Origin: an uncultured virus (IMG/VR IMGVR_UViG_3300020577_013858)
Lineage: Duplodnaviria > Heunggongvirae > Uroviricota > Caudoviricetes
Length of the DNA: 20,000 nucleotides
Virus record (IMG/VR): IMGVR_UViG_3300020577_013858
Strand: one strand, 5' to 3'
The position numbers and the translations under genes are program-made. Position 1 is the stretch's first letter; every line of letters begins with the position of its first letter. Positions 15,678 through 20,000 of the stretch are shown piece after piece. The notes under the pieces are model-generated. The model was not told the DNA's origin. It did no database searches and worked only from the letters and a program-made list of their open reading frames with translations.

Positions 15678-16634
15678 ATGACCCTCTCGAATCCTGCCCT
15701 TCACCCGTTGCCCGTGGGCGTCGCCGAGACGCTCCGAGCGAATCTTTCGTTCGCGTTCGACGCCATTAGCAACGCCGTCTCCCGCGACGTCGTGGCGCGC
15801 GTCGAGGTACACCTGTCCGCGGGCCAACTCCCCGAAGCGTTCGAGCTCCTCAAGGAATCGCCCGTGAACGATGACCTCAGTGACCGCGACGCGGCGCTCT
15901 TCGCCGCGTTCAAGGGGACGCTCCTCGCGGCGGTCCAGGCGTGCGCGAAGCGAGGCGCTCCCCGGACGTTCTACGCCGCCATCGCCCTCAAGGGGCACCA
16001 CGACTTCGGGCTCTGCCACGTGCAGGAGGAGACGCGCGGCTCGCGTCGCCATTACACGTGCTGGCCGCTTCTCCAGCCCGAGCAGCGGTTGGAGCTGGTC
16101 TGGGATGAATCGTGCTGGCGCGTCACGGAGGTTGACCCGAAGGTCGCCCGCGCCATGTGCGATCGGTTCGAGCGCGAGCACGCGGACACCACCACGCTGC
16201 AACGGGAGGTCGAAGAGCTCGCGCGTGCCACGCACGGGGCGGACGCCGAAGTGATCGTGTTCCAAGACGATCTCCGCGTCGACGTCCAGGGTGGATGGCT
16301 CGCCGTCGTCTACGTCGGGGCCAACCTCGTCGCCGAGTGCCGTGGCGACCGCAGCTCGAAGTACCGCGCCCTCGACGATCTTCGCGGGGTGCTCAAGGCG
16401 CCCGACGAGGGCACCGCGGGCGAACGGGCGTTCGTGCAGTGCGCCACCGAGCCGAGCGACGACGGCACCGAGGGGTTCGACGAGTCGCCCGGCGTGGGCG
16501 TCGAGCCGCAAGGCCCGCCCGTAATCAGTCGGATTCGTCAGAAAATCGAGCATATCACCGAGCTGGTCGCGACGGGATCGACGCCGCCCACGGGATCGAC
16601 GCCGCCCACGGGATCGACGCCGCCGAGCGTGTGA
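15678..16634 (+). CDS. Hypothetical protein (318 aa) with low-complexity tail
   Basis: GGAG SD; GC3 bias; C-terminal (TGSTPP)x3. Confidence 0.8.
   Translation: MTLSNPALHPLPVGVAETLRANLSFAFDAISNAVSRDVVARVEVHLSAGQLPEAFELLKESPVNDDLSDRDAALFAAFKGTLLAAVQACAKRGAPRTFYAAIALKGHHDFGLCHVQEETRGSRRHYTCWPLLQPEQRLELVWDESCWRVTEVDPKVARAMCDRFEREHADTTTLQREVEELARATHGADAEVIVFQDDLRVDVQGGWLAVVYVGANLVAECRGDRSSKYRALDDLRGVLKAPDEGTAGERAFVQCATEPSDDGTEGFDESPGVGVEPQGPPVISRIRQKIEHITELVATGSTPPTGSTPPTGSTPPSV
16572..16625 (+). repeat. 18-bp in-frame tandem repeat ACGGGATCGACGCCGCCC x3
   Basis: Read directly; encodes TGSTPP three times. Confidence 0.95.
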
Positions 16635-16694
16635 CGCGACGATTTTGTCAGGTCCGCGTGGGGCCGTGCGTTCCTTGGGTAAGGAGCCGCCACC

Positions 16695-17006
16695 ATGCAG
16701 AACCTCGCTTCTCACATTCTCGAAGCCTTTTTCGCCGCCACCGAAGGCCACCGCAGCTACGGGACGTTTCGCGTCGTCGAGGCGGGCTTCGTGAGCCCCA
16801 CCTTCGAAGTCTACGAAGACGCGCTCGACGTGGCGGACGCGCGGTCGCAGCGCACGCTCGACGCGGTACGGATTGAGGAGTTCGTCAACGGCGCCTGGAC
16901 GCACAACACCGCCTGGATTCACGGTCTGTGCGTCGAAAGCGAACCCGAGCGCGTGGCCGCGCTTCTCGCGGGCGCCTCGGGCACATCGGGCAACGCCAAG
17001 AACTGA
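16695..17006 (+). CDS. Hypothetical protein (103 aa)
   Basis: TAAGGAG SD; GC3 bias. Confidence 0.8.
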   Translation: MQNLASHILEAFFAATEGHRSYGTFRVVEAGFVSPTFEVYEDALDVADARSQRTLDAVRIEEFVNGAWTHNTAWIHGLCVESEPERVAALLAGASGTSGNAKN

Positions 17007-17010
17007 TCCC

Positions 17011-17026
17011 CTGCGAAGCCTTCGCG
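17011..17026. promoter_or_regulatory. Palindrome copy 3: ctGCGAAG-C-CTTCGCg
   Basis: 6-bp perfect arms, 4 nt after a stop codon and upstream of a promoter. Confidence 0.65.
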
Positions 17027-17075
17027 CGTCGAAACACTGGTTTCGGGGCGGTTTCAGAAAAACGGCGGGTCGCCG

Positions 17076-17104
17076 TTGACATTGTATCTTCTAGGAGATA
17101 CTTT
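17076..17104 (+). promoter_or_regulatory. Strong sigma70-type promoter overlapped by an 18-bp operator-like palindrome
   Basis: TTGACA-N17-TACTTT; GTATCTTCTAGGAGATAC at 17084-17101 (one mismatched pair). Confidence 0.8.
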
Positions 17105-17124
17105 TCTGTTCAGGAACCAACCCC

Positions 17125-17481
17125 ATGCCGCAGACGGACACCCTTTCAGACTCACACGACGGCGTTTTTCTGTGCGCGTGCGCTGTGTGCGACAGGGCGC
17201 TCACGCGGGCGTCCCTTCGGATGCGCGGTGCCTTCGCGAACTGCCTGCGGTGCTACGCCGAAGGCCAGGAGATCGACGCCGAGGTGAAGCGCTACGACGT
17301 GACGCGCGAGGTCGCAAAGCGCCGCGCAAAGGAGTTCGCGCACGGCACCTACGAGGTGTCGATCGCCGCGTTGGAGGCCCGTCTGAACGTCGATCTCGCG
17401 GCGGAGCCCTACCTCGACGCCGAGGTGTACCGCGAGATGTACGTGTGGCAGTTGCGGCAATGGGGCGTCCGCGTTCGATAG
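17125..17481 (+). CDS. Zn-finger-containing hypothetical protein
   Basis: AGGA SD; CACAVC...CLRC. Confidence 0.75.
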   Translation: MPQTDTLSDSHDGVFLCACAVCDRALTRASLRMRGAFANCLRCYAEGQEIDAEVKRYDVTREVAKRRAKEFAHGTYEVSIAALEARLNVDLAAEPYLDAEVYREMYVWQLRQWGVRVR

Positions 17482-17500
17482 TCATCCGAGGAGCAATCAC

Positions 17501-17767
17501 ATGGTCACCCTGAAACTCACCAAAGACGACACCGATACGCAGACCTTCGAAGCGCTCGTGCATGGCGCCGAGGTCGTGATTACCCACGTTCGCAACGATG
17601 CCTTCGTGCCGCTCTTCGGCGGTCGCTGGTGTGCGTCGTGGAGTGCGGGCTACGGTCGGGAAGGCTCGCTCCGCGTCGATTCGCGGGCGGAGGTCGAGTC
17701 GCAGCTCGAACGGGCTGTGCAGAGCTCGCAGCGGGCTCCGCGCGGGCGTCGGATGGAGTGCGCGTGA
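17501..17767 (+). CDS. Hypothetical protein (88 aa)
   Basis: GAGGAG SD; GTGA overlap with the methyltransferase. Confidence 0.75.
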   Translation: MVTLKLTKDDTDTQTFEALVHGAEVVITHVRNDAFVPLFGGRWCASWSAGYGREGSLRVDSRAEVESQLERAVQSSQRAPRGRRMECA

Positions 17768-18678
17768 ACGCCGTCGATCTCTTCGCCGGGCATGGAGGCG
17801 TCGCGTGTGCGATGCGCGAGCTCGGTCTCGACGCCCGTCACGTCGAGCTCGACGTCGACGCCTGCGACACGCTCACAGCCGCGGGGTTCCGTGACGTGGT
17901 GCAGGCCGACGTGCGCGACCTCGGGGCGTGGCGCCCTCAGTCGCCGACTGGTCTCCTTTGGGGGTCGCCCCCGTGTCCGAAGTGGAGCCGCGCCAACCGC
18001 CGTCGCGACCGCATCCCCCTCGCGGTGGACGGCTGGTCGTGGATGCTCGACGCCGTGCGCGCCTTGCGCCCGACGCTTGTGTGCGTCGAGAACGTCAAGG
18101 ACGCGCCCACGCACCGATGGGCGTCCGACCTTCGCGCGGAGGGCTACCACACGGGCGAATGGCGCCTGGACGCCGCCGACTTCGGGGAGGCACAGCGTCG
18201 TCGTCGTCGCTTCGTGGTGGCTTCGCGGGTCGCGATGCCGTTGGCGCCCGTTCCGACGCACGGCGACCCCCGTCTCGGGCTTGCGCCGCCCCGCTCGATG
18301 CGTGACATCCTCGACCCCCAAGGGGATCGTCACGTCTACCGCCCCGGAACGGGGCGCGCGGCGTCGGAGCCGTGGCGTCTCGACCTCCCGACACCGACCG
18401 TCATGTGTACCGAGGTAAAGGGCACACGCGCAAGCTCGGCGAGCGGATGGACGTTCCACGGTGGCCCCGACCGTCTCAGTGAAGCCCTTTTCCTCGCGCT
18501 CGGGTGGCGTCGGGCGACGCTCGCCGAGTGCGCCCGCGCGCAGGGCTTCCCCGAGGCGCATCCGTTCCGCGGCACCTCGGAGGCCCGCTACCGGGGCGCG
18601 GGCAACGCCGTCCCGCGCACGCTGGCGTTGGCCGTGCTGCGCGCGGCGCTCGCCACGCTCGACGCGGGGCGCGTGTGA
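17764..18678 (+). CDS. DNA (cytosine-5)-methyltransferase, orphan phage type (304 aa)
   Basis: Motif I DLFAGHGG, IV GSPPC, VI ENV, VII LDAADFG, VIII QRRRR.F, IX ECARAQGFP, X GNAVP; GTG 17764 after GGAG. Confidence 0.93.
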   Translation: MNAVDLFAGHGGVACAMRELGLDARHVELDVDACDTLTAAGFRDVVQADVRDLGAWRPQSPTGLLWGSPPCPKWSRANRRRDRIPLAVDGWSWMLDAVRALRPTLVCVENVKDAPTHRWASDLRAEGYHTGEWRLDAADFGEAQRRRRRFVVASRVAMPLAPVPTHGDPRLGLAPPRSMRDILDPQGDRHVYRPGTGRAASEPWRLDLPTPTVMCTEVKGTRASSASGWTFHGGPDRLSEALFLALGWRRATLAECARAQGFPEAHPFRGTSEARYRGAGNAVPRTLALAVLRAALATLDAGRV

Positions 18679-18965
18679 GCTCGGGTCACGCTCGACCGGC
18701 CGCGAGCTGGTACACGCTTCTCGGTGACGTTCACCGCGCACTCCAGGCTTGGCCGGAGGGGGTGCCTGGTCGTGTCGAGTCCGAGGCTTTGCGGGCGACG
18801 CTCGTCGAGCACGTTCGGGCGACGCTCGCGGCCAGTTCGCGCGACGGTCGGGCGATCCCTTCGCGGCGCGCAGCGGCGTCGTTGGGGGTGTCGTTGAGCC
18901 TGCTTACGGCGTGGTGTGCGCCTGGAGGGCCGCTGCACAAGGCCGCCCCGCTCGGTGACGAGTGA
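18675..18965 (+). CDS. Small protein with C-terminal HTH (Fis-like)
   Basis: HVRATL...SRRAAASLGVSLSLLTAWC; GTGA overlap. Confidence 0.55.
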   Translation: MSSGHARPAASWYTLLGDVHRALQAWPEGVPGRVESEALRATLVEHVRATLAASSRDGRAIPSRRAAASLGVSLSLLTAWCAPGGPLHKAAPLGDE

Positions 18966-19684
18966 CGAAGATTTTGTGTCAGTCCCGAGGCTCCGCCGTC
19001 GTCTTAGGCGGTATGGGCATCCCCTCTTCTGGCGGCAAAGCCGCCCCTGGTCCCGTCGTCGTCAACCCCAACCCCGAGACGCTTCGCGTTCGGGCCGCCA
19101 TCGCGGCCACGCGCGCGCAGCTCGTCGAGCACTGGCGCGGTCTCGTCGAGTCGCGCACGCTCGGTCACCCGAGCGCGACCGGAAGCGTCACGGACCACAA
19201 GACCGTTGCCTCCCTGGAGGCGGAGCTCGATGTGGTGTCGTGGCATCCCTACTCCCATCCCGCTGTGAGGCCGGGCTGCACGGCGTTCTGGACGCCCGAC
19301 CTTCGGGGCGTTCTCGGTGTCGTGTCGATCGCGGAACTCCCGGTCGACGTCATGCTCACGCTCCGCGACGGGCACGCGACGGGCACGGTGTCGGCGGAGG
19401 TCGAGGGCACCTACGGTGCGACCACGGACGGGACGTGTCTCATCGTGGGCGACCACAACGGCATGGAGGTCGTCTTCACGTTCCACCCCGGGGAGCCGGT
19501 GACGCCCTCGTCGGTGCCCGCATCGGGCTTTGCCGGGCGCTCGGTGACGCGCGACGAGGCCCTGTCGCTCGGGTTCTCGCTCGCGAAGGTTCGTCGCCCC
19601 GCGTGCGACGGCTGCGTGGTCTGCACGACGGGCGGTTGTCTCTGCGACACGCCCGAAGAGCACGCGGACGCGCTCGCGAAGTAG
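18962..19684 (+). CDS. Hypothetical protein with C-terminal Cys cluster (alternative start ATG 19013)
   Basis: GC3 bias from about 19013; VVFTFHPGEP; CDGCVVC....CLC tail. Confidence 0.75.
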   Translation: MTKILCQSRGSAVVLGGMGIPSSGGKAAPGPVVVNPNPETLRVRAAIAATRAQLVEHWRGLVESRTLGHPSATGSVTDHKTVASLEAELDVVSWHPYSHPAVRPGCTAFWTPDLRGVLGVVSIAELPVDVMLTLRDGHATGTVSAEVEGTYGATTDGTCLIVGDHNGMEVVFTFHPGEPVTPSSVPASGFAGRSVTRDEALSLGFSLAKVRRPACDGCVVCTTGGCLCDTPEEHADALAK

Positions 19685-19753
19685 TTTTCCGCCCTGTCGA
19701 TTTCGTGAAACGATAGAGGGGGGGTACGGCAGTATGGGGATGGAGGTCCGACC

Positions 19754-19903
19754 ATGCTGAACCCGTACTTCGTGTTTCCCTCGACGCAACGCCTTCCCCC
19801 GATCACTCCCGAGGCCCGTGCGGCGCTTCGTGCGGCGCTCGTGTGGGTGCCTCGGGAGGAGAGGCATCTCGTTCTTCGTCTCCCGCCCCGTGTAGCGCGC
19901 TGA
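19754..19903 (+). CDS. Small hypothetical protein (49 aa), absent from the ORF track
   Basis: GGAGG SD at 19742-19746; MLNPYFVFPSTQRLPPITPEARAALRAALVWVPREERHLVLRLPPRVAR*. Confidence 0.55.
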   Translation: MLNPYFVFPSTQRLPPITPEARAALRAALVWVPREERHLVLRLPPRVAR

Positions 19904-20000
19904 GATTGCGGAACGGTAACCATTTTCTGACGAACTCTGGTAGTCTGTCTCTCGTGACAGCTCGCTTCATCCGCTACGGCTTTCGGCGTTTGTCGCCGCT

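Noticed and set aside
16572..16625. CRISPR-like or iteron array
   Set aside because: Contiguous 18-bp in-frame repeats with no spacers; a simple low-complexity protein tail
17764..18965. Complete restriction-modification system
   Set aside because: No recognisable endonuclease next to the MTase; orphan methylases are routine in phages
19692..19723. parS site or intrinsic terminator (ctgtcgatttcgtgaaacgatag)
   Set aside because: Lacks two central bases of the GTTTCACGTGAAAC parS consensus; the hairpin is imperfect with no + strand U-tract
19938..20000. Extended -10 (TGgTAGTCT) with leaderless GTG 19954 ORF (MTARFIRYGFRRLSP...)
   Set aside because: Plausible, but no -35 and only 15 codons are visible before the window ends
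1..20000. tRNA, rRNA, integrase, att site, reverse transcriptase/DGR, alternative genetic code
   Set aside because: None recognisable by eye; genes tile the window under the standard code and use all three stop codons

Overview
High-GC, CpG-rich, densely packed phage or prophage DNA. Nearly all genes are joined by ATGA/GTGA overlaps. A Myxococcota-like host is inferred from a myxobacterial-type sigma-region-4 protein. The left end (1-1213) looks like the end of a late/lysis region: a holin-like coiled-coil gene coupled to a stand-alone CheY-like receiver protein. It converges on a leftward operon (58-aa Zn-finger ORF missing from the ORF track, XRE HTH, coiled coil, DnaC/IstB-like ATPase). 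Back-to-back sigma70-type promoters at 3172-3232 also drive a long rightward early region. That region encodes a probable ssDNA-annealing protein, a tandem dsRNA-binding-domain protein with no RNase III domain, an Hsp20-like fusion, a DUF1643-ASCH fusion, a Swiss-Army-Knife-type HAD, a C2H2-like finger protein, a sigma4-like HTH, a Gp37/Gp68 (DUF5131) protein, many hypotheticals, two Fis-like HTHs and a C5 cytosine methyltransferase. Non-coding signals include a palindrome GCGAAG-N-CTTCGC in three copies, a duplicated ~65-bp promoter cassette, operator-like palindromes inside promoters and a frame-shifting 10-bp tandem repeat. No integrase, tRNA, rRNA or CRISPR array was seen. All family calls come from motif recognition by eye, not database searches.
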